A DNA stretch of 64,000 nucleotides from Leptonemataceae bacterium (GTDB lineage Bacteria > Spirochaetota > Leptospiria > Leptospirales > Leptonemataceae): positions 1,536,001 through 1,600,000 of the forward strand of contig OZ245742.1 in assembly GCA_965227295.1 (NCBI GenBank). Direction: 5' to 3'. Within the stretch, counting starts at the first letter, position 1. Each line of letters starts with the position of its first letter. The notes beneath the pieces were generated by a model, which saw only the letters and a program-made list of their open reading frames with translations, ran no database searches and had not been told where the DNA came from. Made by a program: the position numbers and the translations under genes. Shown piece after piece: positions 1 to 10,731 of this stretch.

Positions 1-641
1 GCCTCGAAGACAGCGAGCGTTTTCACGAAAACACACCGTATCAACCGAACTCACCCTACTCCGCATCCAAGGCCGGATCCGACCATCTTGTGCGAGCCTA
101 TCATCATACTTACAAGTTGCCCGTTGTGACGAGCAACTGTTCCAACAACTACGGTCCGTATCAGTTCCCGGAAAAACTGATTCCGTTGATGATCATCAAT
201 TGTCTCGAAGGTCGAGAACTGCCGGTCTACGGACGTGGCGAAAACGTGCGCGACTGGCTGTTCGTCGAGGATCACTGCGAAGCCCTCGCCATGATTCTCG
301 CGGACGGTGTCGAAGGCGAATGTTACAACGTCGGCGGAGACAGCGAGAGAAAAAACATCGACGTCGTAAGATCGGTGTGCGCAATCATGGATGAATTGCA
401 TCCGGATGGCGCCCCGCACGAGCGCCTGGTTCGTTTTGTGCAGGATCGCCCCGGGCACGACCTGCGTTACGCCGTGGATGCGTCGAAGATCGGCTCCCGG
501 TTGGGCTGGAAGCCCCGGCACCGCTTCGAAGAGGCGCTCCGCAGAACGGTGGAATGGTATCTGGGCCGTGAAGACTGGTGGCGCGAAATTCTGAGTGGCG
601 AGTATAGAAAATATTATTCCGAAAACTACGGAGCGCGCTGA
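1..641 (+). CDS. rfbB: dTDP-glucose 4,6-dehydratase, 5'-partial (runs off window start)
   Basis: Frame open from position 3: [10 protein letters not shown] (YxxxK), [35 protein letters not shown]; directly followed by rfbA. Confidence 0.95.
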   Translation, partial: LEDSERFHENTPYQPNSPYSASKAGSDHLVRAYHHTYKLPVVTSNCSNNYGPYQFPEKLIPLMIINCLEGRELPVYGRGENVRDWLFVEDHCEALAMILADGVEGECYNVGGDSERKNIDVVRSVCAIMDELHPDGAPHERLVRFVQDRPGHDLRYAVDASKIGSRLGWKPRHRFEEALRRTVEWYLGREDWWREILSGEYRKYYSENYGAR

Positions 642-649
642 GCTTTCTT

Positions 650-1567
650 ATGACCCAGGCCCCCCCTATCCAAAAAGGCATCCTCCTGGCCGGCGGATCC
701 GGCACCCGTCTCTACCCGCTGACCCGGGCCGTCTCGAAGCAGCTTCTGCCGGTGTACGACAAGCCGCTGATCTATTATCCGCTCACAACGCTCATGTTCG
801 CCGGTATTCGCGATATTCTCGTAATTTCCACTCCGCGAGACTTAAGAAACATTCGGGACCTGCTGGGAGACGGTAGCCAGTGGGGCATCCGTTTGAGCTA
901 CGCGGAGCAGCCGTCGCCGGACGGCATCGCCCAGGCCTTTGTGATCGGCCGAGAATTTCTGAACGGCGAACCCGCAGCACTGATTCTCGGAGACAACATC
1001 TTTTACGGTTTCGACTTCGCGAATATTTTGAAAGACGCCATGCGCCAGGCAGTAAAAGGGGCCACGGTCTTTGCGTATCGTGTGAGCGATCCAGAGCGCT
1101 ACGGCGTCGTCGAGTTTGATCGTTCCGGACGGGCGCTGTCCATCGAAGAAAAACCGGAGCAGCCGAAGTCGCGATTCGCAGTTACCGGGCTTTACTTTTA
1201 CGATGCCCGGGTGAGTGAAATCGCCGCGAATCTGAAGCCGTCCGCTCGCGGTGAACTTGAAATCACCGATGTAAATCGGCACTACCTGGATGAGGGCCGG
1301 CTGCATGTGACTCCGCTCGGGCGCGGTTTTGCCTGGTTGGACTCCGGCACGCATGAATCGCTCCTGGCGAGTGCGCTTTACGTTGAAACGATTGAAAAAC
1401 GCCAGGGCCTGAAGATCGCCTGCCCGGAAGAGATCGCCCTGCGCCTGGGTTATATCGACGAACAAGCCTATCGCGAGCAGGCTGAGGCCCTGCGCAAGAG
1501 CGGTTACGGTGAGTACCTTTTGCGGATTCTCGGGGAGCGCGATTTCCCGCCGTTGCCCGGGGACTGA
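650..1567 (+). CDS. rfbA: Glucose-1-phosphate thymidylyltransferase
   Basis: [56 protein letters not shown]. Confidence 0.97.
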   Translation: MTQAPPIQKGILLAGGSGTRLYPLTRAVSKQLLPVYDKPLIYYPLTTLMFAGIRDILVISTPRDLRNIRDLLGDGSQWGIRLSYAEQPSPDGIAQAFVIGREFLNGEPAALILGDNIFYGFDFANILKDAMRQAVKGATVFAYRVSDPERYGVVEFDRSGRALSIEEKPEQPKSRFAVTGLYFYDARVSEIAANLKPSARGELEITDVNRHYLDEGRLHVTPLGRGFAWLDSGTHESLLASALYVETIEKRQGLKIACPEEIALRLGYIDEQAYREQAEALRKSGYGEYLLRILGERDFPPLPGD

Positions 1568-1594
1568 GTTCTTTTGATCATAAGTTAGCATTGT

Positions 1595-2692
1595 ATGTCA
1601 GAGCCCCGGCGCATCACGCTCATCATCAGCAGCCTCTCCGGCGGCGGGGCGGAACGGGTCATGTCGATCCTGGCAAGCGAGTGGGCGCGTCAGGGGCGGG
1701 ACGTGTGCCTGTTCAGCCTCGACGACGGCAACGGCCCGAATCCCTACGACATTCACCCCGCGGTGCGCTACGTACCGTTGAACGTGGCCAGTCGCGAAAA
1801 CAATCCGGTCTACGATCCGCGCAATTTTACGAGATTGTTGCGACTGCGTCGCGCCGTGCAGCGCAGTCGGCCGGATGTCGTCCTGAGTTTCAGTGACAAA
1901 ACCAACGTTACAGTACTCTTAAGTTTATTCGGTGCCGGATTAAAGATCGTCGTTTCCGAGCGCGTGCATCCGGCGCACTATCCCATCGGTTTTGTCTGGA
2001 ATACGCTGCGACTCATTACCTATACGTTCGCCCGGCGCATCGTCATTCAAACCCGCGGCGTCGCCGATTTTTTTCCGGGGCGCCTGCGCCGCAAAATGAC
2101 GATCGTGCCGAATCCGGTGGTCGAGCCCCCGGCGTCCGCGCAAAAAATTCTGCGTTCGAAGCAAAGGCGCGAGCCGGTGGTGGTCGGCCTCGGGCGCCTC
2201 GACCATCAGAAAGGTTTTGACGTTTTGATAACGGCCTTTCGTTTGCTGAGATCACAAGCTGCGTCCGAATGGAAGTTAAGGATTTACGGCGAGGGTCCGC
2301 GTCGGGGCGACCTCGAAGCCGCGGCCGGCGACGACCCGCGGGTCGAGCTGCCTGGATGGCAGCCGAACGTTCACGAGATCCTGGCCGGCTCCGCGATCTT
2401 CGTACTTTCGTCGCGCTTCGAGGGTTTTCCGAACGTGCTCTGTGAGGCCATGGCCTGCGGTGCGGCGGTGATCGCCACGGACTGCCCGGACGGTCCGGCT
2501 GAGATTGTAACGCCGGAGCACGACGGACTCCTGATTCCGGTGGACGATGCGGAAGCCCTGGCCGTGGCCCTGGCACGCCTCATGAGCGACGACGGCCTGC
2601 GTGAGCGCCTGGGACGCAACGCGCAGGACATCGTACAGCGCCTGGGCGTGCAGCAGGTGATGCAGCGCTGGACTACGGCGCTGAGTGTCTGA
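1595..2692 (+). CDS. Glycosyltransferase family 4 (PglJ/PglH-like)
   Basis: GGGAERV at N-terminus, GRLDHQKGFD, SSRFEGFPNVLCEAMACG (EX7E). Confidence 0.9.
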   Translation: MSEPRRITLIISSLSGGGAERVMSILASEWARQGRDVCLFSLDDGNGPNPYDIHPAVRYVPLNVASRENNPVYDPRNFTRLLRLRRAVQRSRPDVVLSFSDKTNVTVLLSLFGAGLKIVVSERVHPAHYPIGFVWNTLRLITYTFARRIVIQTRGVADFFPGRLRRKMTIVPNPVVEPPASAQKILRSKQRREPVVVGLGRLDHQKGFDVLITAFRLLRSQAASEWKLRIYGEGPRRGDLEAAAGDDPRVELPGWQPNVHEILAGSAIFVLSSRFEGFPNVLCEAMACGAAVIATDCPDGPAEIVTPEHDGLLIPVDDAEALAVALARLMSDDGLRERLGRNAQDIVQRLGVQQVMQRWTTALSV

Positions 2693-2749
2693 AGTTGACG
2701 TGCACACTACGCGGCGAATCCTGACGCCAGTCCATCCACGAGATATGCC

Positions 2750-3412
2750 ATGATAGAACTCCCCGACTTCGACCGTTCTTTTGACTACGAGAACGGCTTT
2801 TATCTTTCATGCAAGCCCGCGCGCATTGCGAAGATCCTCGCGCACTACGAGCTGTTTAAGATGATCCGCGAGGTTCCCGGTGCCGTCGTGGAATGCGGCG
2901 TCTTCAAGGGCGTATCGTTTACCAGGTTCGCCGCGTTTCGCGAGCTTATGGAAACGGAATCGGCGCGGCCGATGATCGGCTTCGATATCTTCGGCACGTT
3001 TCCGCCGACGGAATTCGAAGCGGACCAGGCGCAACTGGATCGTTTCATATCCGGGGCGGGAGACCAGAGCATCGACGTGGAGCAACTCCGGGAAGTACTG
3101 CGGAAAAAAGGATGTGATCAACGAGTCGATCTGGTGAAAGGCAACATCCTGGAAACGGTGCCGGAGTACGTCGCAAAGAATCCGCAGATGCGCATCGCGC
3201 TCTTGAACCTGGACACCGACGTCTACGAGCCGGCGGTGACGATTCTCGAACACCTGTATCCGCGCATTGTGCCGGGCGGGGTCCTGGTCCTGGACGACTA
3301 CGGGACGTTCCCCGGCGAAACCAAAGCCGTGGACGATTTCTTTCGCGGTCGCGGCGAGAAGATTCAGCGTTTTTCGTTTTGCGAAACGCCGTGCTACATC
3401 ATCAAGGAATAA
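2750..3412 (+). CDS. TylF/MycF/NovP-family O-methyltransferase
   Basis: VPGAVVECGVFKG, GFDIFG, LNLDTDVYEP, GGVLVLDDY. Confidence 0.85.
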   Translation: MIELPDFDRSFDYENGFYLSCKPARIAKILAHYELFKMIREVPGAVVECGVFKGVSFTRFAAFRELMETESARPMIGFDIFGTFPPTEFEADQAQLDRFISGAGDQSIDVEQLREVLRKKGCDQRVDLVKGNILETVPEYVAKNPQMRIALLNLDTDVYEPAVTILEHLYPRIVPGGVLVLDDYGTFPGETKAVDDFFRGRGEKIQRFSFCETPCYIIKE

Positions 3413-3413
3413 C

Positions 3414-4265
3414 GTGGCCGAAGAACATTCGAAATGGGATTTGATCATCGAACCGCGTTCGAGCTGGTTCGATCTTCGCCTGCGCGAACTGTGGAAGTAC
3501 CGGGATCTCACCGCGCTGTTTATTAAGCGCGACTTCGTTACGTTCTACAAACAGACGATCCTGGGGCCGCTGTGGTACGTGCTGCAGCCGTTGTTTACCA
3601 CGCTGGTGTTCACGGTCGTCTTCGGTCGCATTGCGCAGATTCCCACGGACGGGGTGCCGCCGTTTTTGTTTTACCTGGCCGGCAACGTTATGTGGCTCTA
3701 CTTTTCCGAAAACGTAAAAAAAGCCTCGGAAACGTTCATCCTCAACTCCCAGATCTTCGGCAAGGTCTACTTTCCGCGCATGACCGTACCGGTTTCCATC
3801 GTCGTTTCGAACCTGGTGCAATTTGCGATTCAGTTCGTCCTCTTTCTCTCGATTTACTTTTACTTTTTTTATCAGGGCAGCGATCTGCGGCCGAGCCTGT
3901 GGTTGCTGGCCCTGCCGCTGCTGGTCTTACAGATGGCGGCCTTCGGTCTGGGCGTGGGCATCATCATCTCCGCGCTCACCACGAAGTACCGCGACCTGCG
4001 TTTCGCGCTGACCTTCGGCATTCAATTGTGGATGTACGCGTCGCCGGTAGTTTATCCGGCGTCTCAGGTGCCGGCGAAGTATCTCGACATTTACATGCTG
4101 AACCCCATGGCGCCGATCATTGAGTGCTTTCGGTTCATGTTCATCGGCGCGGCGACGGTGAGTTCGCAGCAGATCGGCATCGGCATCGGCATTACCGTGC
4201 TGGTGCTCTTCGGCGGAGTGCTGCTATTCAATCGCATTGAAAAAACGTTTATGGATACGGTGTAG
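3414..4265 (+). CDS. wzm: Polysaccharide ABC exporter permease (Wzm); GTG start inferred
   Basis: ELWKYRDL..RD..YKQTILGPLW..QPL, KVYFPR, WMYASPVVYP, LNPMAPIIE; GTG at 3414 just after the upstream stop. Confidence 0.9.
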   Translation: MAEEHSKWDLIIEPRSSWFDLRLRELWKYRDLTALFIKRDFVTFYKQTILGPLWYVLQPLFTTLVFTVVFGRIAQIPTDGVPPFLFYLAGNVMWLYFSENVKKASETFILNSQIFGKVYFPRMTVPVSIVVSNLVQFAIQFVLFLSIYFYFFYQGSDLRPSLWLLALPLLVLQMAAFGLGVGIIISALTTKYRDLRFALTFGIQLWMYASPVVYPASQVPAKYLDIYMLNPMAPIIECFRFMFIGAATVSSQQIGIGIGITVLVLFGGVLLFNRIEKTFMDTV

Positions 4266-4272
4266 GTTCGGT

Positions 4273-6051
4273 TTGCAAATAAATAGCCAGCTTACTTTAA
4301 GAATCCTGGGCTACGTGAGCGTCGTGGCATGGTTGGGACTGATCGGCGTCTACTGGTGGGCCGCCGAGCGCGGCTTCGACGTTACCGACGAGGCGGCCTA
4401 TCTCCTGGCCTACGATCGGCCGGATCTCTACTCCGCGGCCAGCCGTTACAACGTGGTCATGCATACGGCCTTCGGCTGGCTCGAACCGGGCATCATCATG
4501 TACCGACGCATCGGCGTGCTGATGAACGTGATCTTCTCGCTCCTGTTCGCCGCCGGATTCTACGCGTGGCAGAACACCGCCGCTTCACGTTACGATTACC
4601 CGCGCATTCCCGGGCCGCTGCTCTTTGCCGCGGTGGGCATCGGCACGTTTACCGGTCTCGGGACCACGCCGCAGACCCCGGCGTACAACGATCTCAATCA
4701 CGGCTTCCTCATGGCGGCGGCGGGCTTGACGTTCTTCTGGCTCGCGGGGCGGTTGTTTTCGTACAGAGCGTTGATCGCCGTGCCCCTGCTCATCGTTACA
4801 CTCTTTCTCGATTACCAGGCGAAGCAACCCTCGGCGTTTCTCATGGCTTTGCTGATCTTCGGCGTGATCACGGCCCACGCATACTTTCAGTTTCCGCCGC
4901 GCTGGCGGACTCGCGTGATTCCTGCCATCGCCCTGACCGGGATCTTGATCGCCGTGTACATTCTGTATGTCCTGCGCGGTTACTACATCGACTACGTGAT
5001 TTTTATTCTGGGCGTGTACTACGATAATCGCATTCATGTAATTCCGCCGCTGTCCTGGATGGTGATGTTTCTGGCGTCCATGTTTCTTTTGGGCAGCCAT
5101 GCCGCGGGAGCCGAATCCCGGCGGGCTCGCATTGTAACTTCCATTTTTGTAATCTTTGCGATTCTCTACTTCGTGTACTTCGGAGCCACGCTTAACTTTT
5201 TTCGCAGCGGTTATCACATGCGTATGATCGCCGTGGTGCCCTTCTTCGTGATGCTGGCGGCGGCCGTGCTGGCCCTGGGCGGGGCGGTGATCCATCGTCT
5301 GGGTTTTACCGGTCATCCCGAGGAGCGCATGCATCGCTGGACCGATCTCAGCTGCGTGCATCTTTTTTTGTTCGCGATCCCGTTCGCCGGCGCCTTCGGT
5401 ACGAATAATCCGCTCTCCATGAACCTGCTCATGCACGTGGCGTTCTGGATCGTGTTGATTCTGAGTTTGCTGGGGTACGTGGTGCGTTTTTGTCGCGGCC
5501 ATCGCTGGCATGCGGTCATGGCCGTGCTCGTAGTGTTTACGGCCTGGTCTCAGGCGTACAATGCAATCATGCGTCATCCGTATCGTGTGAACGCGCCGCT
5601 CGTGGAGAATACGGAGTTGATCACCGCGGGAGAACTGCCGGGTATTCGCGGGCTTTACCTGGAACCGGAGATGGCCGAACGCTGGCGCAATCTCGCCGCG
5701 CTCGTGCGGGAGACGCAGTACGATCGCGGTGACTACGTGCTGGCACTCTTTGATATGCCGGGGGCCGTCTACGCTCTCGGCGGCGTGTCACCGGGTACCG
5801 TCTGGTTCTTCAGCGGCCACGGTCACGGCGGAGATGATCGCGGAAACTGCGGCGCCGTAGAGAACACTTCGTTTCAAGAGCGTGACACGCTAATTTTAGT
5901 CAGCAAAGAGTTAAGCGATTTGATGCAACAATGCCTGGACGCTGCCGGATTGAATCTTGCCGGTGGGGCGCGCTATGTCGGCGAAATCAAGAGTCTGCGC
6001 GAGGTGGATTTGCCCGTACGCGTTTATTTTCAGGAAAGGAGACAGCGTTGA
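4273..6051 (+). CDS. Polytopic membrane protein, possible GT-C-type glycosyltransferase; start uncertain
   Basis: More than 12 hydrophobic segments; GFDVTDEAAY acidic motif after the first TM; soluble C-terminal domain. Confidence 0.6.
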   Translation: MQINSQLTLRILGYVSVVAWLGLIGVYWWAAERGFDVTDEAAYLLAYDRPDLYSAASRYNVVMHTAFGWLEPGIIMYRRIGVLMNVIFSLLFAAGFYAWQNTAASRYDYPRIPGPLLFAAVGIGTFTGLGTTPQTPAYNDLNHGFLMAAAGLTFFWLAGRLFSYRALIAVPLLIVTLFLDYQAKQPSAFLMALLIFGVITAHAYFQFPPRWRTRVIPAIALTGILIAVYILYVLRGYYIDYVIFILGVYYDNRIHVIPPLSWMVMFLASMFLLGSHAAGAESRRARIVTSIFVIFAILYFVYFGATLNFFRSGYHMRMIAVVPFFVMLAAAVLALGGAVIHRLGFTGHPEERMHRWTDLSCVHLFLFAIPFAGAFGTNNPLSMNLLMHVAFWIVLILSLLGYVVRFCRGHRWHAVMAVLVVFTAWSQAYNAIMRHPYRVNAPLVENTELITAGELPGIRGLYLEPEMAERWRNLAALVRETQYDRGDYVLALFDMPGAVYALGGVSPGTVWFFSGHGHGGDDRGNCGAVENTSFQERDTLILVSKELSDLMQQCLDAAGLNLAGGARYVGEIKSLREVDLPVRVYFQERRQR

Positions 6052-7340
6052 GTTCCGTCATCGAAATCGAAGGGCTCAGCAAGCGCTATCGCCTGGGAGT
6101 GATCGGCAGCGGTACGTTGTACCGTGATTTGCAGAGCTGGTACGCGCGCCTGCGCGGTCGCGACGATCCGAACTCCGAGCTGCGTCTGGGGGCTGCCGGC
6201 GCCGAGCCGGATCGCCAGGAAGGCGAGTACTACTGGGCGTTGCGCGATGTCGATCTTTCGGTGCAGCAGGGCGAAATCCTGGGCATCATCGGCAAAAACG
6301 GCGCGGGTAAGTCGACGTTATTGAAATTGCTGTCACGCGTGACCGCGCCCACGGCCGGTCGCATTAAACTGCGCGGACGCGTGGCGAGTTTGTTGGAAGT
6401 GGGTACCGGCTTTCATCCGGAGTTGACCGGCCGCGAAAACATTTACTTGAACGGCGCGATCCTCGGTATGAATCGCGCGGAGATCCGCGTGAAGTTCGAC
6501 GAGATCGTGGATTTTTCCGGCATCGCGGAGTACGTCGATACGCCGGTGAAACGTTACAGCAGCGGCATGTACGTGCGCCTGGCCTTTGCCGTGGCCGCGC
6601 ATCTGGAACCGGAGATCCTGATCGTGGACGAGGTCCTGGCCGTGGGAGACCACGAGTTCCAGAAGCGCTGCCTGGGAAAAATGGAAAGCGTTTCCCGTGA
6701 GTCGGGGCGCACGATCCTGTTCGTAAGCCACAACATGCCGGCGGTTTCGAATCTCTGCAAACGCGCGGTGATGCTCGAAGGCGGGCGCGTAACTTACGAG
6801 GGAAATACCTTAGAGGTCGTGGACCGATATGTGCTCGCGAACGCGGCGCTGCTGGATATCCCCCTGGCCGAACGCAGGGATCGCAGCGGGGAAGGACATC
6901 TGCGTTTTGTGCGGGCCTGGACCGAAAACGATCGCGGCGAAAAGACCGACACGTTTCAGTCCGGGAGCAGCGCGATCATTGCCGCCGAGTACGAGACCAG
7001 GCACCCCCGCGGCTTCAACAATCTTTCGGTGGGCTTCGCGCTCTACGGTAAAAACGAAGTGCAACTGACCGATCTCAAAAACACCACCACGGGCGACGTC
7101 TTTGCGTCCCCGTTGCCGAAGAACGGCGTACTGCGGTGCCGCATCGATCGTCTGCCGCTGAACCAGGGCAGTTATATGTTCAACGCCATTCTGCGTACAG
7201 ACCAGGCCATCGAGGATTTCATCATAACCGCGGGCAAGTTCGACGTCATCGCCGGCGACTTCTTCGGCTCCGGCAATACCGTGGACCCGGAACAGGGCAT
7301 GGTGTTGTTCGATCATCGCTGGAGCCTGCAGTCCGCTTAA
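6048..7340 (+). CDS. wzt: Polysaccharide ABC exporter ATPase (Wzt) with C-terminal Wzt_C-like domain
   Basis: GKNGAGKST, YSSGMYVRLAFAVA, IVDEVLAVGD, FVSHN, plus a C-terminal beta-rich extension; TTG 6048 preceded by AAGGAG. Confidence 0.92.
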   Translation: MSSVIEIEGLSKRYRLGVIGSGTLYRDLQSWYARLRGRDDPNSELRLGAAGAEPDRQEGEYYWALRDVDLSVQQGEILGIIGKNGAGKSTLLKLLSRVTAPTAGRIKLRGRVASLLEVGTGFHPELTGRENIYLNGAILGMNRAEIRVKFDEIVDFSGIAEYVDTPVKRYSSGMYVRLAFAVAAHLEPEILIVDEVLAVGDHEFQKRCLGKMESVSRESGRTILFVSHNMPAVSNLCKRAVMLEGGRVTYEGNTLEVVDRYVLANAALLDIPLAERRDRSGEGHLRFVRAWTENDRGEKTDTFQSGSSAIIAAEYETRHPRGFNNLSVGFALYGKNEVQLTDLKNTTTGDVFASPLPKNGVLRCRIDRLPLNQGSYMFNAILRTDQAIEDFIITAGKFDVIAGDFFGSGNTVDPEQGMVLFDHRWSLQSA

Positions 7341-7347
7341 GTTCATT

Positions 7348-9327
7348 ATGTGCGGCATTACCGGCATCTACTTTCGCGACGGGCGTCCCGTGCAAAAGGA
7401 CGAGCTGCGTCGTTTCACGGACACGTTGATCCATCGCGGTCCGGACGGCGGCGATGTCTACGTCGACCCGGCGCAGGCGCACGTCGGCCTCGGGCATCGT
7501 CGCCTCGCGATCCTCGATCTCTCCGACGCCGGCCGACAACCCATGCGCAGCCGGCCGAGCCGTGCCGAAAGTGAAGACGGTCGTTACGTGCTTACGTATA
7601 ACGGCGAGGTCTACAACTTCCTGGAGCTGCGGCGCGAACTTCAGAGCGCGGGTTATCAGTTTCACACGCAGACGGACACCGAGGTCGTGCTCTACGCCTA
7701 CGCGCACTGGGGGCCGGCGTGCCAGGAACGTTTCAACGGCATGTGGGCCTTCGCGATTTACGATCGCCGGGAGGATCGCCTCTTTCTTTCCCGCGATCGT
7801 TTCGGCATCAAGCCGCTGTACTACTACGCGCGCGACGCCGTGTTTTCCTTCGCATCGGAAACTTCCTCTTTTCGAGAGTTAAGCGACTATCGTCGCGAAG
7901 TGGATCGCCGGAATCTCAGTCGGGTGCTGGCCGATCCCTTCGGCATCGAAGGTTACGGCGAAACGATCTTTGCCGGCGTGCGCCAGGTGCGTCCCGGGTA
8001 CTGCCTGCGATTGGATCGGGACGGCCTGCGTGAAGAACGCTGGTGGACCACGCAAGGTCACGGCGATACGCCCCCGGAAGAGTACGCGCAGCAAAGTGAA
8101 CATTTGCGTGAGTTACTGCACGATGCGGTGAAGCTGCGTCTGCGCTCGGACGTGGGCATCGGTACGGCGCTCTCCGGCGGCCTCGATTCTTCGTCGCTCT
8201 TCTCGATGCTGCGCCACGTGGAACGCAGCGGCGAAGACGTGGAACGCGCGCCGGCGGACTGGCACAAAGCGTATGTCAGCGTTTTTCCCGGCACCGATCT
8301 CGACGAGGAGCAGTACGCGCGCGAGGTCGTCGACTACTGGAACGGCGACGCCGCGTACATCGAGCCGGATTTTTCGAATTTAACGGACTGGCTCGTAAAT
8401 ACCACGCGCGCCCAGGACTACGTTTACATTACGCCGCCGGTGGCGGAGCGCGTATACAATCGCATGCGCACCGAGGGCGTCGTCGTCTCGATGGACGGTC
8501 ACGGGGTGGACGAGATGCTCCTGGGTTACGGCGGTTTACTGGAGATCGCCTGGCACTGGGCATTAAAGACCGGCCGTGTAGGCTACGCCGCAGAACTCGA
8601 AGACATCATCGTAACGAGCGTGCAGGGGGACGACAACGCCGCGGTGCGTCGGCGCATGAATCAAGCCCGCGGTCGATTGCAGCCGGGACTGCTGCGTCGC
8701 AGTTACGAACGTTTGCCGGAGCCGCTAAAGGCTGCTTACCGAAAGTTACGGGGCGTGAAGCCGGGCGAAACGCCGCCGCATCCGTTCCTGTTCGACGTTC
8801 CCGAGCACGCGCGGCACGATCTCGACGAAGTCGACGACATGAACGAGATCGACCGTCTCATTTACGAAAGCTTTCACGTGACGATTCTGCCGACGATCCT
8901 GCGTAACTTCGACCGCGCTTCGATGCACAACGGCGTGGAAATCCGCATGCCCTACATGGACTGGCGTTTCGTCAGTTACGTCTTTCAACTGCCCATTGAA
9001 TGCAAAGCGGGCGCCGGTTATACCAAGCGCATTCTGCGCGACGCCATGCGCGGCCTCATGCCCGAAAGCATTCGCCTGCGCAAACAGAAGATCGGCCTGA
9101 ACGCGCCCATGCGCCACTGGTTCGTCAAAGAGTTGCGCGAGTTGATTCTGGACGTCGTGCACAGCCGCGACTTTCTGGAATCGGACATCTGGAACGGCCC
9201 CGCGTTGCGGGACTTCGCGGAGCAACGCATCGAAAACGATTCCTGGACGTGGGGCGACTGCGTGATGTTCTGGCCCTACGTTAACGCGCACCTGATCGTC
9301 AACCATCGTCCGGTGGCGGCCACGTGA
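7348..9327 (+). CDS. asnB: Asparagine synthase (glutamine-hydrolysing) family amidotransferase, likely glycan amidation
   Basis: MCGITG N-terminal Cys, HRGPDG, GHRRLAILDLS, YNGEVYNF, LSGGLDSS; located inside the glycan operon. Confidence 0.9.
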   Translation: MCGITGIYFRDGRPVQKDELRRFTDTLIHRGPDGGDVYVDPAQAHVGLGHRRLAILDLSDAGRQPMRSRPSRAESEDGRYVLTYNGEVYNFLELRRELQSAGYQFHTQTDTEVVLYAYAHWGPACQERFNGMWAFAIYDRREDRLFLSRDRFGIKPLYYYARDAVFSFASETSSFRELSDYRREVDRRNLSRVLADPFGIEGYGETIFAGVRQVRPGYCLRLDRDGLREERWWTTQGHGDTPPEEYAQQSEHLRELLHDAVKLRLRSDVGIGTALSGGLDSSSLFSMLRHVERSGEDVERAPADWHKAYVSVFPGTDLDEEQYAREVVDYWNGDAAYIEPDFSNLTDWLVNTTRAQDYVYITPPVAERVYNRMRTEGVVVSMDGHGVDEMLLGYGGLLEIAWHWALKTGRVGYAAELEDIIVTSVQGDDNAAVRRRMNQARGRLQPGLLRRSYERLPEPLKAAYRKLRGVKPGETPPHPFLFDVPEHARHDLDEVDDMNEIDRLIYESFHVTILPTILRNFDRASMHNGVEIRMPYMDWRFVSYVFQLPIECKAGAGYTKRILRDAMRGLMPESIRLRKQKIGLNAPMRHWFVKELRELILDVVHSRDFLESDIWNGPALRDFAEQRIENDSWTWGDCVMFWPYVNAHLIVNHRPVAAT

Positions 9328-9524
9328 ACGAAGAATTCGACCCGGACGTCGGTTTGCGACTCAGTCATTGTAAGGTATCCCACGGCGAAGACGCCGTTCC
9401 GGTGCGCGCCCCACACGTCCCCGGCATGACCTCCGTGCGTTAGCTGGAACCAGCCGTACCCATAAAAGTCTTAATTTACGTTGGCCTTAACTTACTTTAC
9501 AACCCGGGGCGTAATCGAAACTAA

Positions 9525-10712
9525 ATGAGCGACATTCGTTTTATGCACATGGCGTCGTTTTATCCGGCGTACTTGAAAAAGTTCTACGCCGACCGACCCG
9601 GCCTGGCGGAGCAGGACTACGCAACGCAGTACCGCACGCTCATGGACGACTGTTTCGCCTGGGCCGACTTCTGGAAGCGCAACCTGGAAGAACGCGGCGG
9701 TTTTACCGCCGAGGAGATCGTGCTGAACGCGGAGCCGTTGCAAAAACGCTGGGCCGCGGAACACGGCGCCCGGTACTCCGCGGACAACTGGGCCATCGAC
9801 ATCATGCACGCGCAGATCGAAACGTTCCGCCCGGACGTACTGTTCCCCCACGATATCCTGTTTCTCACGCCGGAAGAACGGCGCACGCTGAAGCGGCGGC
9901 ATCCGTCGATCCAACTGCAACTCGCCTGGGACGGCATCGCGTCCCACGACCCCGAGATGTTCGCCGGTACGGACATCATGATGACCTGGCTCGATCGAAG
10001 CGTGGAGTATTACGCCGGCGCCGGTTTTGATACGCATCAAATGTGGCCGGGCTTCGAAGGGCGCATCTTGACGCGGCTAAAGGAGAACGGAGACGCGCCG
10101 GAGTGGACGAATCGATCGTACGGGTTGTCGTTCGTCGGTTCGATCATGGATTCCCGGGGCATGCACCAACGCCGCCGGGATATTCTCGGCAAGGTCGCTT
10201 ACAAACACGGGCTCACGCTCTACGCCTCGAACTTCGGATTGCCGGCGCTAAAGCACTACGAGATTCAGTTAAAGCGATTGATTAAGAGCGCCTGGCAGCC
10301 GGGGCACATCGAAGATCTGCGCATCCACGGGGCGCTGCGCCGGCGAAATCGCGGGCCGGCCTTCGGCTTAAGGATGTACGGCATCCTCGCGAATTCGAAG
10401 ATCACCCTGAACAGCCATCTGGACGGTACGGGAGATCGCGCGGGGAACATGCGCATGTACGAGGCCACCGGTTGCGGCGCCTGTCTCTTGACCGACTGGA
10501 AACCGAACTTAGGGGAAATATTCGTGCCCGACGAAGAAGTCGTCGCGTATCGTTCCGTGGACGAGTGCCTGGAAAAGATCCGGTACCTCGAAGATCATCC
10601 GGAGGTGGCCGCGGAGATCGCGCGCAAGGGCCAGGAGCGCACACTCAGTCGGTACTCGCTGAAGGAACGCGTCCAGCTTGCGGCGCAGAAGTTCGAGCAA
10701 CGACTCTCGTAA
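9525..10712 (+). CDS. CgeB/Glyco_trans_1_2-like glycosyltransferase
   Basis: SKITLNSH..NMRMYEATGCGACLLTD..EEVVAY..IARKGQERTL. Confidence 0.8.
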   Translation: MSDIRFMHMASFYPAYLKKFYADRPGLAEQDYATQYRTLMDDCFAWADFWKRNLEERGGFTAEEIVLNAEPLQKRWAAEHGARYSADNWAIDIMHAQIETFRPDVLFPHDILFLTPEERRTLKRRHPSIQLQLAWDGIASHDPEMFAGTDIMMTWLDRSVEYYAGAGFDTHQMWPGFEGRILTRLKENGDAPEWTNRSYGLSFVGSIMDSRGMHQRRRDILGKVAYKHGLTLYASNFGLPALKHYEIQLKRLIKSAWQPGHIEDLRIHGALRRRNRGPAFGLRMYGILANSKITLNSHLDGTGDRAGNMRMYEATGCGACLLTDWKPNLGEIFVPDEEVVAYRSVDECLEKIRYLEDHPEVAAEIARKGQERTLSRYSLKERVQLAAQKFEQRLS

Positions 10713-10731
10713 CATAACGCCAGCGAAACTT

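Noticed and set aside
9328-9524. Short minus-strand frame DFYGYGWFQLTHGGHAG... in the asnB-GT gap
   Set aside because: It has no start codon after the upstream stop and is too short to assign. It could be a gene remnant, but this is unsupported.
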